From Promethearchaeota archaeon (GTDB lineage: Archaea > Asgardarchaeota > Thorarchaeia > Thorarchaeales > Thorarchaeaceae), in the NCBI GenBank assembly GCA_014728035.1, contig WJMJ01000078.1, positions 96,001 through 160,000 of the forward strand: a stretch of 64,000 bases of DNA. Direction: 5' to 3'. The position numbers were made by a program, and so were the translations under genes. Shown here one piece after another: positions 37,465 through 48,152 of this stretch; position 1 is the first letter of the stretch, and every line of letters begins with the position of its first letter. Under the pieces are notes generated by a model that ran no database searches, was not told where the DNA came from, and saw nothing but the letters and a program-made list of their open reading frames with translations.

Positions 37465-38826
37465 ATGGACCTTTATGAAATTGCAAGTGGTGTAGTCAAA
37501 AAAGCAGAGGAAGCACAAGCCAGTCAAGCTGAAGCTTTTACAGTCAGGGCAAAGACAGTAAGTATCTATATCGATGATAGCATTCCTAAGGTGTTGGATA
37601 ATAAAGTTGAGTCTGGTGTAGGTCTCAAATTTATCATTGATAAAAAATTAGGATTTACTTGCTCAACATTAGTTTCTGAATCCATCGACTCGCTTGTTGA
37701 AAGGGCTAAATCCATGGCTAAGATTAGCACGGAAGATGAAAAATTCACTTCACTTCCAACTCCCAAGAAAGTATCTGGTAAGCGAGACAAGTTCAGCGAC
37801 AAACCAACAGCTAAGGCAGATGTTGATACTCTTGTCGAGAAATCAATGCAACTTGTGGATGCAGCGGTTTCAGATTTTGTAAGTGTGCCTAATGGTGTTC
37901 TCAGAGCAAGTGTACTGGAAACCTCAGTCTGTAATTCACTGGGTGTGTCCGAAGGATCTGAATCAACTTTGGTATTCGGATTCTTTACTGCAAAATCTCA
38001 AGATGGAAACAAAGTCGGAGAGGGAGTTCAACGATGTTGGTCTAGAAGTCTCTTTGACATAGATTTTGAGATGATTGGCAAGAAGCTCAATTCTCAAGCG
38101 ATGGATGTTCTGAAGTCAGAGCCTTTAGATACAAAATTACAGGATATTGTTGCGGTTCTAGCACCTAGCGAAGCTTCAGAGATGATCTATAGTCTTATTG
38201 GCACGGCAGCATCAGCAAATCAAGTAAATGCAGGTTCAAGTCCTTGGAAAGATCGGATTGGTGATATAGTCGCACATGATAGTTTCAACATTACCGATAA
38301 CGGATTGTCAGAAAGAGGTCTGATGAGTGGCAGCATAGATGATGAAGGAATGCCTAGACAAAAAACGCATCTCATTTCAAAAGGAGTGCTAAAGTCATAT
38401 TTCTATGACTCGTATAACGCATACCAGCTTGACATGGAGCCAACTGGCAACCTTACAAGACACAATGCACGTGATGCACATGGCGCATTTCGTTTTTCAG
38501 GTTCATGCAGTGTGAGCAATCTTGAGATCCGTGGAAGTTCAAAATCTGTTGAAGACTTGATATCTGAAATTGACAAGGGTATTTTCATTGAGCACTTTGC
38601 TTGGCCACAAGTCAATCCAATGACAGGAAGTTTCTCCAATGAGATCCGAAATGCTCAACTCATTGAAAATGGTGAGCGCACAAAGAAAGTGAAGCATGCG
38701 CTGTTTATTGGAAATTTATACGAATGTCTGAAAAAAGAGATACTTACAGCAAACGATATTCAGGTTCAGAATCGATGCGTACTTCCTACAATTGGCTTTC
38801 TTGGCACAGAAGTTATTGGACAATAG
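37465..38826 (+). CDS. pmbA: TldE/PmbA protein
   Basis: DDEGMP, SYFYD, TGN, VNPMTGSFS; directly follows tldD. Confidence 0.88.
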   Translation: MDLYEIASGVVKKAEEAQASQAEAFTVRAKTVSIYIDDSIPKVLDNKVESGVGLKFIIDKKLGFTCSTLVSESIDSLVERAKSMAKISTEDEKFTSLPTPKKVSGKRDKFSDKPTAKADVDTLVEKSMQLVDAAVSDFVSVPNGVLRASVLETSVCNSLGVSEGSESTLVFGFFTAKSQDGNKVGEGVQRCWSRSLFDIDFEMIGKKLNSQAMDVLKSEPLDTKLQDIVAVLAPSEASEMIYSLIGTAASANQVNAGSSPWKDRIGDIVAHDSFNITDNGLSERGLMSGSIDDEGMPRQKTHLISKGVLKSYFYDSYNAYQLDMEPTGNLTRHNARDAHGAFRFSGSCSVSNLEIRGSSKSVEDLISEIDKGIFIEHFAWPQVNPMTGSFSNEIRNAQLIENGERTKKVKHALFIGNLYECLKKEILTANDIQVQNRCVLPTIGFLGTEVIGQ

Positions 38827-38832
38827 AAAATC

Positions 38833-38870
38833 AATGATGTGTAAAATCTACACATCATTCTATTATTTTT
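38833..38870 (+). terminator. 11-bp hairpin after tldDE
   Basis: AATGATGTGTA-AAATC-TACACATCATT then T-rich sequence. Confidence 0.6.
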
Positions 38871-38973
38871 GAAACACATTCGTTATTTCATGAAATTGAT
38901 TTCGACAAATTCACAAACTCTAAAAAGGAGCTGGAATCTTTCGATTTGTTAACATCTAGCAGAGGGAGCTCCT

Positions 38974-40056
38974 GTGACAGATTTTGAAGATGTTTGGACA
39001 AGAGAAGCAAAATTCGTCAATATGGCATTGAATGAATTTTTGGATATGAAAATTGAGCAGGTAAGGAAATTAAGTAAAATACATGTTCAATACTATGAAA
39101 ATGTAAAAGAATACATAATGCGAGGTGGAAAACGGCTTCGTCCGGTACTAGTAGCTACTGGGTACAAGGCAATCCAAAAACGTTTAACAGAGAAACATCT
39201 GTACAGAGCAGCTTGCTCTGTTGAAATTCTCCACAATGGATCACTTCTTCATGATGATTTAATTGACCATGACGAAACAAGACGTGGCGGACCTACAGTG
39301 CATGCACTATATCGAGAGTGGCACAAAAAAGAGATTGACGATGACGAAAAACGTGCTGCAGACTTTGGTATGACCATGGCCATTCTTGGAGGCGATTCGC
39401 TGATCAATCTTGGTGCACAGGCGATAAGTGAATCACACATGGATCCGAAAATAACTGTGAAATGTCTGAAGTTATATGAAGATGCGTTTCAGGACCTTGT
39501 TGACGGAGTTTTACTTGAAATGATGATGGTTTATGAGGAGAATCCCACTCCTGAAACCTATCTTGAAATGATTCGCATGAAGACTGCAGTCCTATTTGAA
39601 AAATCCTTATTGATAGGTGCAGCAATTGCTGAAGCTTCTGATTCACAACTCTCTTCACTTAGTGAGTTTGGGATAAAAGTTGGTCAAGCATTCCAGATTC
39701 AGGATGACATATTGGGTACATTTGGTGATGAAGAAGTTACAGGGAAGCCAGCAGACGGCGATATTAGAGAGGGCAAAAAGACCATGCTTGTGCTTGAAGC
39801 ATATCGTAGAAGTTCTGTCGAACAAAAAGCAGTACTCGACAAACTGCTGGGTAACCCAGATATGTCCGATAAAGATGTCGATAAAGTTCGTACGGTATTC
39901 AAGGAATCTGGAGCTTTGGAAGCAGCAAAAGAAAAAATGGATTCACTTCTAGAACAAGGTCAGAAAGCTCTCGATAAAGCAAACCCACCTCTCCGTCCAA
40001 AGTCTAAGGACTTCTTATTGACACTGTCTAACTTTCTAGTCCAACGAACATATTGA
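38974..40056 (+). CDS. Polyprenyl diphosphate synthase (probable GGPP synthase)
   Basis: GGKRLRP, LLHDDLIDHDETRRG, KTA, FQIQDD, TGK...DIREGKKT. Confidence 0.92.
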   Translation: MTDFEDVWTREAKFVNMALNEFLDMKIEQVRKLSKIHVQYYENVKEYIMRGGKRLRPVLVATGYKAIQKRLTEKHLYRAACSVEILHNGSLLHDDLIDHDETRRGGPTVHALYREWHKKEIDDDEKRAADFGMTMAILGGDSLINLGAQAISESHMDPKITVKCLKLYEDAFQDLVDGVLLEMMMVYEENPTPETYLEMIRMKTAVLFEKSLLIGAAIAEASDSQLSSLSEFGIKVGQAFQIQDDILGTFGDEEVTGKPADGDIREGKKTMLVLEAYRRSSVEQKAVLDKLLGNPDMSDKDVDKVRTVFKESGALEAAKEKMDSLLEQGQKALDKANPPLRPKSKDFLLTLSNFLVQRTY

Positions 40057-40070
40057 GATGTTTTCGTTTC

Positions 40071-40106
40071 AAGCGAAGTTGAAATAGAAATGATTCGACT
40101 TCGCTT
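40071..40106. terminator. 13-bp hairpin between convergent genes
   Basis: AAGCGAAGTTGAA / TTCGACTTCGCTT. Confidence 0.55.
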
Positions 40107-40209
40107 CACATATCAACTAGAGTTCGTTCTACCTATTATTATTGAATGTAGTTTGAAAAAATCTGTTTGTTGATATATACATCAGGTTCAGTAAATGGAA
40201 TACCAACAC

Positions 40210-40839
40210 TCAAAGACTACATTCTAAATACCTGAGTGCGGGTAAGAGAATATCAGTCCCTTTTGCCTTAAGAAGAGCTTTGAAACTTTTATACAGTGTT
40301 GGTAGCATGTTTTCAACATACTGATAGAATGACTCTTCAGACCTGCTGAGGGCTCTACGCATATTCTGGACGTGCTCCGAAGCAAGAGCTTTAAGTTGAG
40401 CGTTTCTTGCACCTTCCTGTCGAAGTTTTGCTTCAATTGTTCTAAGCATATCTTCTGCGAGCGTCTTTGATTCCGTTACTACTTTTTCTTTTGATGCTTG
40501 TATTTGTCGATATGAATCAATACTTCTACTCGTTTCTATTCTCTTACCTTCAGATTCATCAAAGATTTGATCTTCGACAACTAGTTTCCGCCAAGATCTC
40601 TTCCCTTGAAAGTCCAAAGGGCTAATATATCCTTTAGAATGCATCTTTCTTAGAAATGCCCTGAATATTTCAGGAGTAATAACCGAATGTGCACCTGCTA
40701 CTATGAGAAATTTGTGAAATAATACTGGTTCAAATTCGATAACGGAGTATCCAAAAGAACGAATTATAGCTCTTTCTATTTCTTGCTCGCTTCTGTCCAT
40801 GACATCGGTCAATACTGCAGGACCCCTAGGCAGTGGCAC
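40210..40839 (-). CDS. Hypothetical protein (possible N-terminal wHTH)
   Basis: 209-aa ORF; LRKMHSKGYI is wHTH-like. Confidence 0.65.
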   Translation of the reverse strand: MPLPRGPAVLTDVMDRSEQEIERAIIRSFGYSVIEFEPVLFHKFLIVAGAHSVITPEIFRAFLRKMHSKGYISPLDFQGKRSWRKLVVEDQIFDESEGKRIETSRSIDSYRQIQASKEKVVTESKTLAEDMLRTIEAKLRQEGARNAQLKALASEHVQNMRRALSRSEESFYQYVENMLPTLYKSFKALLKAKGTDILLPALRYLECSL

Positions 40840-40945
40840 TAAATAGTAGGAAGAATTTGCATATGAATCTACGCAGAATGCTCGAAAATATCATAATATA
40901 ATATATAATATTATAACACAGCTCCAAAATATTAGTTGGTTTTGA

Positions 40946-42814
40946 TTAGCGAGTTTTAATGAATAGGAGGGCAACAGTAATTCCAGCTACAGCAATTATA
41001 CCAAGCAAAATAAATATGAACTCGATAGGCATCGAAGCTGACCAATTGAAAACATATTCTCCTCTAATTGCTTTGTTATTCTCTACATCGAAAGATATTA
41101 CCCTAATATTGACTTCTGCTCCTGGGTTGGGCATGGTAACAGTATATTGATTGTTATCTAGTGTCATAAGATAAGAATATGTTCGACCATTTAGGTCGTA
41201 TTCTAGGCTTGCATTAAGCACTCCACTAGGGTCGGAAATAGTCACTGAAAAAGTTGCAGACCCTTCGGAAATAGGTTCTGTCGCTGTTGTTGTTAGCATT
41301 CCAATTCTGGGACCAACTTCATCTACGAGTTGAACATTCCGTAATATACGATTACATTTTCCCCAATCCAGAATGTTCTCCAGAAAAACGATATTATCAA
41401 ATTCTGCACTTTTCTCATAGTCGAAATTGCTAAAGAAAGTAGTACCTGTGACGATAAGTCGAAGATTTCCAATCTCTTCAATAGCAGCTAGAATAATCTG
41501 ATTGCCAAATTTACCATCTTGTACATCGTCATAGACGACTGAAATCTCAGGTGAGTTTTGATCAGTTTGATAAGCAGTTTTATCAGCATAAATTATGGGC
41601 ATAGGCGCTGAGTCGTTGATAAAATATAGACTAGATGGCGAAAAGAATGTTAAAGATTCAACATTTTCTGTAAGCCCATTACTATCTTCACTCTGCAGAA
41701 TATTGGTTAAGTCATTATAGAATGGTTGGTAGGTTCCATCCATGTATACATTGTCATCATTAACTCGAATATCAGAACCAAGCGCTTCCAATACACTATT
41801 TGTCCTTGCTATATCAACATAGGTAGAATAGTCACCACGTCCAGTAATAATGAGTGTGTTGTTTCCAGATTGTGCCCATGTTGAAATAGCAGATAATTCA
41901 GATGATGAATATGCCTCCAAAGCACATGTAATAATAAGTAAATCAACTCCAATCAAATCCATTGCAGAGATAGCGGATGTCTGCTTTCTCAATTCAAATC
42001 CATTTCTGAATAATGTTAGATTTAGTGTCGAAAGCTGGTCTTGACCTGCAACATCAATATAGTCATTATTATGAGCATAATCAACAAGTGCAACATGAGT
42101 GATTTCAGTTGAGATATCAGGAGGCTCAAAATCTTGGATTATAGTATAGAATAAGGAAACACATCCATTGATTGCCATGGATAAGCAATCTTCAGTGATG
42201 GATTTTATGGAGGGATTTGTCATTATAGCGGTTGATTCTTCAGATGGGTATGCAGAAACAATTTCATCATAGTATTGATGAGAATATGTTGCACAATCTA
42301 CTACTAGTTGTGAAATATTCTGAATTTCCACCTCGCTTGTTTCTTCAAGGATAAAATCATCAAGATGATTGTTGATATCAGTTTCATAACCACTATGTCC
42401 ATCCCAATAATCCCCCGTATGGACTGGAATGCAGGGATCACTAAAATAGTGAGTCATTACGCCCAATGCAACAAATCCATCAACCCAGTTATCCATAGAA
42501 AAATTCGCAACAGTGTAATCAAAATATGTCTTAGCCGCATCAGGGGCGGTATACTCACCTGTTTCAGGATAATATAGATGATTATCCCAGTCCTGCCATG
42601 CAACATCTGGCAATACACAACCACTGAGCAGTTCTGGGGCATAAAACTCGAAAACATTTCTCCATGTACTGTTAGAGATATCATTCAAAGATTCGGAAAG
42701 GATGAATCTATGAGTATCATGTCCCCAAGCCGCAGCAGGAGTTGGTCCAAGTACGCCAACTCCAATAAACAGGGGCACTGTAAGTAGGATGATGATAATG
42801 GAGGAACGTTTCAT
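40946..42814 (-). CDS. Membrane-anchored Zn-dependent phospholipase C / P1-nuclease fold protein with DUF4350-like domain
   Basis: Signal peptide ending AAA-WGHDTH, LPD, HYFSD...PVH, HSGYE; VDYAHNN domain; C-terminal TM. Confidence 0.8.
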   Translation of the reverse strand: MKRSSIIIILLTVPLFIGVGVLGPTPAAAWGHDTHRFILSESLNDISNSTWRNVFEFYAPELLSGCVLPDVAWQDWDNHLYYPETGEYTAPDAAKTYFDYTVANFSMDNWVDGFVALGVMTHYFSDPCIPVHTGDYWDGHSGYETDINNHLDDFILEETSEVEIQNISQLVVDCATYSHQYYDEIVSAYPSEESTAIMTNPSIKSITEDCLSMAINGCVSLFYTIIQDFEPPDISTEITHVALVDYAHNNDYIDVAGQDQLSTLNLTLFRNGFELRKQTSAISAMDLIGVDLLIITCALEAYSSSELSAISTWAQSGNNTLIITGRGDYSTYVDIARTNSVLEALGSDIRVNDDNVYMDGTYQPFYNDLTNILQSEDSNGLTENVESLTFFSPSSLYFINDSAPMPIIYADKTAYQTDQNSPEISVVYDDVQDGKFGNQIILAAIEEIGNLRLIVTGTTFFSNFDYEKSAEFDNIVFLENILDWGKCNRILRNVQLVDEVGPRIGMLTTTATEPISEGSATFSVTISDPSGVLNASLEYDLNGRTYSYLMTLDNNQYTVTMPNPGAEVNIRVISFDVENNKAIRGEYVFNWSASMPIEFIFILLGIIAVAGITVALLFIKTR

Positions 42815-42866
42815 GTGGTTTCTTATACAGCCAGACAATTAAATAATTTGTTAAAAAGAAGAGATG

Positions 42867-42886
42867 AGGTGCAGAAAACTGCACCT
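42867..42886. terminator. Hairpin between PHP and PLC genes
   Basis: AGGTGCAG-AAAA-CTGCACCT flanked by T tracts. Confidence 0.55.
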
Positions 42887-42894
42887 TTTTCATA

Positions 42895-45297
42895 TTACTT
42901 TTTCATGTGTTTGAGATAAATCACTACAACAACTACTACTGCAACAGCACCTATTCCTACGACAATTAGTAATATAGGAGGTACCGGCAATCCTTGCTGT
43001 ACAGTGTAAGTTGTAGTTAGTGTGTATATTCTGCCCATATAATCCGTTATATCCACAGATATCTCAAGTTGAGCACCAGTAATCAGTCCATCAATTTGGC
43101 CCACAAGATAGTCAGGATTGATTTTAAGATTAACAGATTGTTCAATGCCTCCTCCATCAGTGTACCTTAGAACAGCTTGACGAATCAAATTATAGTCTCT
43201 TCTGCTAGCAGGTACTGAAATAGCGACAGATGTTCCAAACAAATCCACACTTTCTGAGAATTCGATAGCATCAACATATCCCCCTAATCTGAGAAGGACT
43301 GGAGTGAGGTTACCAAAGTCAGTAAAATTATAGATACTAACTACTAATTCAGTATATCCATTTCCGGTTATCTCCGCTGTGCGGGTTACATCGGAACTTG
43401 ATGAAACAGGAATAGTAGTTTCAATAGGGTCTGATGTTATGGTCATATGGCTTTTTCTCAAAACAGAGGTTTCAAGAGAAAGGCTGGAATCCAAGTTGTT
43501 TGTAAACGAAAGAACTAGGTCAAAAGTGGCATCCTCTTCAAACACAAAACTGGATGGTTCTGTGACCTCAAGATTAACTCCCAACGCATCAGAAGATTGT
43601 GCAGTCATACTGAATTGAAGAGAGCGTGAGATACTCATCATGGAATAAGCTTGTTCTGCCCAAGAGAGATATAATCGAGCTAGTCCTAGAGACGCACCAT
43701 TCGATTCCTCTTGTTCGATTGTGCTAGTGGCAGATTCAATACTGGATTCTGCTTCTTCCTCAAGTGCTAACCATCTATCAACCCATACTTTCTTCCCGTA
43801 AATCATCGAATTGATTTTATCAATTATTACAACACGACTGTTTACTACAGCATCAACAATGTCAGCGTCACTTAGAGTACCGTTAGGGCCTGAAGGGGTT
43901 TCAACAAATATGGCATTCATAATTTGGTCCATATCCCATCTGCTATGAAAGTCTGCTGCACCCATGAAAGGCTTAGTAAAGCCATCCTCTCCAGCACCAT
44001 AGAAGAAGCCAGAATTGTCAACTTCTATGAAATCATATCCATAAGTATCATAATCCTCATAGACGACCGCATAAGTTGCTGCAATTGTTGGATGACATAG
44101 ACCAATAATGGCACTTTGACTATGAGCACCATTTACCATTTGTTGTTGACTTGCTGTATACACATTTTCAGTCAATGGAAAAGCAGCAGAATGAATTCCT
44201 CGTGATAGCTCTGCACCCAGAACCACTTTTATGTCAAGACCATTTTCCTGGGCAATCTCTCTAATTTCCTCAGCACCTGTGATACCATCTGTTTCAGTTG
44301 GACTATCATAGGAGTGATCAGTTGGTATAATGAAATCAATAGAATAAATCATTGCCGAGTAGAGTACATCAGCGGGTGCATGTTGACCATCACTATGTGT
44401 AGTATGTTCATGATAAATTCCAGTGAACAATTCATACGACTCGACCTCTGCTGGCGACAAGTCGGGACCACTACCAGCGTAGATAACGTTTCTTTCGGGA
44501 ATAGTGGCTGCTCGTTCAGGATTATTACTGAGCCAATCGATAACATTTACTGAAAACTGATGGTGATCATAGTGCGACTCTAACAGATTTGTTTTCTCAT
44601 AATACATTAGAAATGGGGCAAGTGAACCTACAGCAACAATTCGGCCAGAGCCAGATGTTGAAACTGCAACAATAGAGTCACCTTCATCTTGAATGATAGA
44701 AGTAGCAGAACCAGATACAGAAAGTGTACAACCTGCATGTTGACCCGAGTTAGAATGAATCGATGTCATATTATGAGTAACATGATGATCTTCCAAATCA
44801 GTTGCAGTTCCAGTCCATTTATCTAGTTGGAATAAAATTCCATATTGCTCAGAAATAGGATTGAGATTTTGAGGAGAATATTGCCAAGAGCTACTCTCTT
44901 CCTCAATTCCCACTAATAGCAATCCCCCACCATTGTCTACAAAATCATGAACCGCCGTTACTTCATTCGTATCCAATGCAATTTGTGGAAAGAATAAAAC
45001 AAGTACATCATAAGTTGCAAGAAGAGATGAATCAATTGTTTTATTGAAATTCGTATCGGAACTGTATCCATTTGTTTCCAATAGTGAGCTAAACAAAGAT
45101 GCATTTGCAGGAGTCCATAACGCGCTCCCAGCGTCGGTGTGTGACTCGTCGATTAAAATAGTCGTGCTAACAAAGGTTTGAGATGGTGTTGTTACATCCT
45201 TATAGGACGGATTGAGATTTTGAGAGGGATAAGCTAATGGAGCCAAAATCAGAAAAGAGAAAAAAAATCCAGCTAGGAGTATCTTTTTTGAAATCAT
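42895..45297 (-). CDS. Membrane-anchored DUF4350-like plus PHP phosphoesterase domain protein
   Basis: Signal peptide; IDESH...FVDNGGGLLLVG; HEHTTHSDG, TDH, GAE, CHP, AADFH; C-terminal TM plus KK. Confidence 0.8.
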   Translation of the reverse strand: MISKKILLAGFFFSFLILAPLAYPSQNLNPSYKDVTTPSQTFVSTTILIDESHTDAGSALWTPANASLFSSLLETNGYSSDTNFNKTIDSSLLATYDVLVLFFPQIALDTNEVTAVHDFVDNGGGLLLVGIEEESSSWQYSPQNLNPISEQYGILFQLDKWTGTATDLEDHHVTHNMTSIHSNSGQHAGCTLSVSGSATSIIQDEGDSIVAVSTSGSGRIVAVGSLAPFLMYYEKTNLLESHYDHHQFSVNVIDWLSNNPERAATIPERNVIYAGSGPDLSPAEVESYELFTGIYHEHTTHSDGQHAPADVLYSAMIYSIDFIIPTDHSYDSPTETDGITGAEEIREIAQENGLDIKVVLGAELSRGIHSAAFPLTENVYTASQQQMVNGAHSQSAIIGLCHPTIAATYAVVYEDYDTYGYDFIEVDNSGFFYGAGEDGFTKPFMGAADFHSRWDMDQIMNAIFVETPSGPNGTLSDADIVDAVVNSRVVIIDKINSMIYGKKVWVDRWLALEEEAESSIESATSTIEQEESNGASLGLARLYLSWAEQAYSMMSISRSLQFSMTAQSSDALGVNLEVTEPSSFVFEEDATFDLVLSFTNNLDSSLSLETSVLRKSHMTITSDPIETTIPVSSSSDVTRTAEITGNGYTELVVSIYNFTDFGNLTPVLLRLGGYVDAIEFSESVDLFGTSVAISVPASRRDYNLIRQAVLRYTDGGGIEQSVNLKINPDYLVGQIDGLITGAQLEISVDITDYMGRIYTLTTTYTVQQGLPVPPILLIVVGIGAVAVVVVVVIYLKHMKK

Positions 45298-45386
45298 AAT
45301 TCACAACCTTCTGTAACTAATAGACGGAGAACTATCTCATAAACAGTTGGTTTTGTGAGAAAAAAAAGGGGAAATGAAGAAGTATA

Positions 45387-46427
45387 CTACTTCTTCATAA
45401 TAAATCCAATCATTATTACAATAACCACTACAGCACCAATAATACCAATAATAGGTATCAAATTAAGTGGTGGTACAGGTTCGTATGTTGGAGCTAATTG
45501 CATTCCCCAATCAATGGCCTGTCTAACCAATTTGAATCCATTTAGAGTGACATTGTAGTACTCGCTATTGAACATTGGCTGATAATCGCCATATGGAGAT
45601 GCTCCAGAAACAGCGATGATACCTGCTTGATGAGATCCAGCCATGACTTCAACAGTCATTGCTACAAAGTCACCTGTTGTGTCAACAGTGTGAGCTACTG
45701 GAGGGACATCATCAGGATTAACAATCTTAGCATTTTCGCTGTATTGAGATACTATGTAGACATTTGGTATACTTGTAGTTCGAAGATCAACTGGGCCAGC
45801 CCCTTCTGCGCCACCTGTTGCACCATAGAGACAAGTTGGACCATGAAAGAGTGTAGCATTTACATCAGCAGTAATATTTTCTACAAACTCTGCGTCACTG
45901 TAACCTGTTGCAACTGGACGGTAAGGTGCCTCACAGTTTGAAACTGGATCCTCAACTGAGCATTGTTCTGGATATACATGTGATCCGACAGCAGTCAGAA
46001 TCTTTGACATATTGGCATTTATGTATGCACCAGAAAAGTCAGAATCAGCACCAATCCAAAGGAATTTGTTACCAGGATTGAACCAATCAGAGATTGCTTG
46101 AACCTCTGCATCGGAAAATGTATATTCATCACCATAGATGGATCCAATAATCAATCCTTCAGCACTTGCAAGTATCGTGTCATTGATTCCTCCAAAAGCC
46201 CAAATAACTTCATAGCCTTTAGCTTCAAGCCAGAATTGCAATTCTGCATCTTGACCTGTAAAAATAAAGTCACTGTACTGCCCATGGCTCATATCAAAGA
46301 CAATAGTCCCTGAAGTGGATTGGGCCTGTACATGGGTTGGAGTGAAACCAATTAACACATATGGAGCAAATAATGCCATGATAACAAGTATCGAGGCAAA
46401 TTTGCGTGAATTGTTTCCTACTCTCAT
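45387..46427 (-). CDS. Membrane-anchored stand-alone DUF4350/GIFT-like protein
   Basis: Signal peptide; FDMSHGQ, ISDWF...LWIGADSDF, LFHGP, SGASPYGDYQP; C-terminal TM plus KK. Confidence 0.7.
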   Translation of the reverse strand: MRVGNNSRKFASILVIMALFAPYVLIGFTPTHVQAQSTSGTIVFDMSHGQYSDFIFTGQDAELQFWLEAKGYEVIWAFGGINDTILASAEGLIIGSIYGDEYTFSDAEVQAISDWFNPGNKFLWIGADSDFSGAYINANMSKILTAVGSHVYPEQCSVEDPVSNCEAPYRPVATGYSDAEFVENITADVNATLFHGPTCLYGATGGAEGAGPVDLRTTSIPNVYIVSQYSENAKIVNPDDVPPVAHTVDTTGDFVAMTVEVMAGSHQAGIIAVSGASPYGDYQPMFNSEYYNVTLNGFKLVRQAIDWGMQLAPTYEPVPPLNLIPIIGIIGAVVVIVIMIGFIMKK

Positions 46428-46700
46428 TGTTTCTTTCTCCTCGTTAGTCCTCCGGACATCGAGAGGGATATCTAAACAAAATCCATCCAAGTATTTAGAC
46501 CTTTGGGATAGATTATGTAACGAGTACCTAACGATGATACTAATACAATTATAGTTCCTTATAACACCATCATATAATTCGGAAATGTATCAAGTGCAAG
46601 ACTTGACTTTCCAAAGTATTAATATTTAGTACTGTTTATTTTTTGACCTAGTTAATCTTGATTTGGTTTCACCAATGGAATCTGGTGTGATCTAACAAGA

Positions 46701-48137
46701 GTGGTGAAAAAAATGGCGTCAGAGTTCGAATCTGGACGAGATATGACAAAGATTTTTGCAGCTGTTGCAGTTATTGCAGTGATTGGCATTGCGGGAATTG
46801 CTATTGTGATGTTTTCTACACCTAATCAGGTAGATTACAGCACCTTGACAATTTTGACGCGTCATGACACTGCGATTCATCAAGCATATGAAACTGCATT
46901 TCTTGCTTCTGAACAGGCGCAAGAAGCTGGCATTGAAGACATTGTATGGAAAACACAACAAGCACAATTTTGGGATACAGTCATAGATGCTGGAGGCATA
47001 GATGTTCTTTGGGGAGGCGGACCCACTATATTCGATCAACAGGTCCGTAATGACAATCTGGAGCCCCTTACAAGCGAGAACGTATCGACAATAGTAGAAA
47101 GAATTCCTGATGAGATTGCAGGAGCAAGCATGAAAAGAACCAATGATAATGGAGACGTGGTATGGGTTGCTGCAGCTATATCTTCTTTTGGTTTTACTGT
47201 AAATCATAACTTCCTTGATACATATGGTCTACCGACACCAAACAACTGGACTCATCTAGCTCAACCAATTTGGGGTTCAATTCTACCAACTGCAACCATC
47301 GCGATGGGTAATGCACCTAAAACCACCTCTAATACACGAATCTATGAGATTATAACTCAAGGAATGGGATGGGATGCAGGTTGGCAGACCATGGCTCGAA
47401 TGGTAGGTAGTTCAAACCTCTATCAGGGTTCAGTTGAAACACAAGCTGCCGCAGAAAGTGGAGAAGTAGGGGTTTCAATGTCAATTGACTTTTATGGATA
47501 TTCCACACAAAAACAGAACCCATATTGTGAATATATTCTTCCTGAGAATGAGACCATTGTGAATGGAGACCCAATTGCAATTGTAAAAGACACTCCAAAG
47601 ATGGCACAAGCTGAAGCATTTCTAGACTATGTTCTATCTCCAGAAGGTCAGGCAATCTGGTTCTCTGAAGGGATAAACAGAATGCCAGTCCTAGAGGAGG
47701 CATTTCTAACTGAAACAGGACAAGAAAACACAGACCTCTACAGTCTATTTAATCAAACCTTAGAGAATCAAGGCATTGATTTCAATGACTCTCTATCACT
47801 TGAAATTAATTCAGCATTCACTGCTTATTTTGAAGCTGTCTTTAATGATCCCCATGACGACCTTGTAGATGTTTGGCAAGCTATAGTGGAAGCATACGAT
47901 AACTCTCAGCTTAATGAGAGTATGTTCGAGTATTTTTCCAATAAGATTGGTGACCCAGTCACTATCGAATACGAAGGAGAGAACCGAAAAGTCACCATTG
48001 AGTTCTGTAAAGAGATCAATGACGATATGGCAAGTAGTCCATCATTCTATTCAAGCATGCAAAATCTATGGACAAATGCAGCAGTGTCCCAGTATGATGC
48101 TATACTGACAGAGCTGAATAACTTCCTAACATCATAA
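46701..48137 (+). CDS. ABC transporter substrate-binding protein (FbpA/AfuA-like)
   Basis: N-terminal TM anchor; LTRHD, DVLWGGG, IDFYG, NGDPIA, LSPEGQ, NRMP. Confidence 0.85.
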   Translation: MVKKMASEFESGRDMTKIFAAVAVIAVIGIAGIAIVMFSTPNQVDYSTLTILTRHDTAIHQAYETAFLASEQAQEAGIEDIVWKTQQAQFWDTVIDAGGIDVLWGGGPTIFDQQVRNDNLEPLTSENVSTIVERIPDEIAGASMKRTNDNGDVVWVAAAISSFGFTVNHNFLDTYGLPTPNNWTHLAQPIWGSILPTATIAMGNAPKTTSNTRIYEIITQGMGWDAGWQTMARMVGSSNLYQGSVETQAAAESGEVGVSMSIDFYGYSTQKQNPYCEYILPENETIVNGDPIAIVKDTPKMAQAEAFLDYVLSPEGQAIWFSEGINRMPVLEEAFLTETGQENTDLYSLFNQTLENQGIDFNDSLSLEINSAFTAYFEAVFNDPHDDLVDVWQAIVEAYDNSQLNESMFEYFSNKIGDPVTIEYEGENRKVTIEFCKEINDDMASSPSFYSSMQNLWTNAAVSQYDAILTELNNFLTS

Positions 48138-48152
48138 AAGAACTAATAGGAT

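Noticed and set aside
33093-38826. RiPP cluster (radical SAM + PhzF + TldDE)
   Set aside because: The radical SAM is Tes-type with its own terminator, and there is no SPASM/RRE, YcaO or exporter; only the 15-aa ORF is retained as a weak lead
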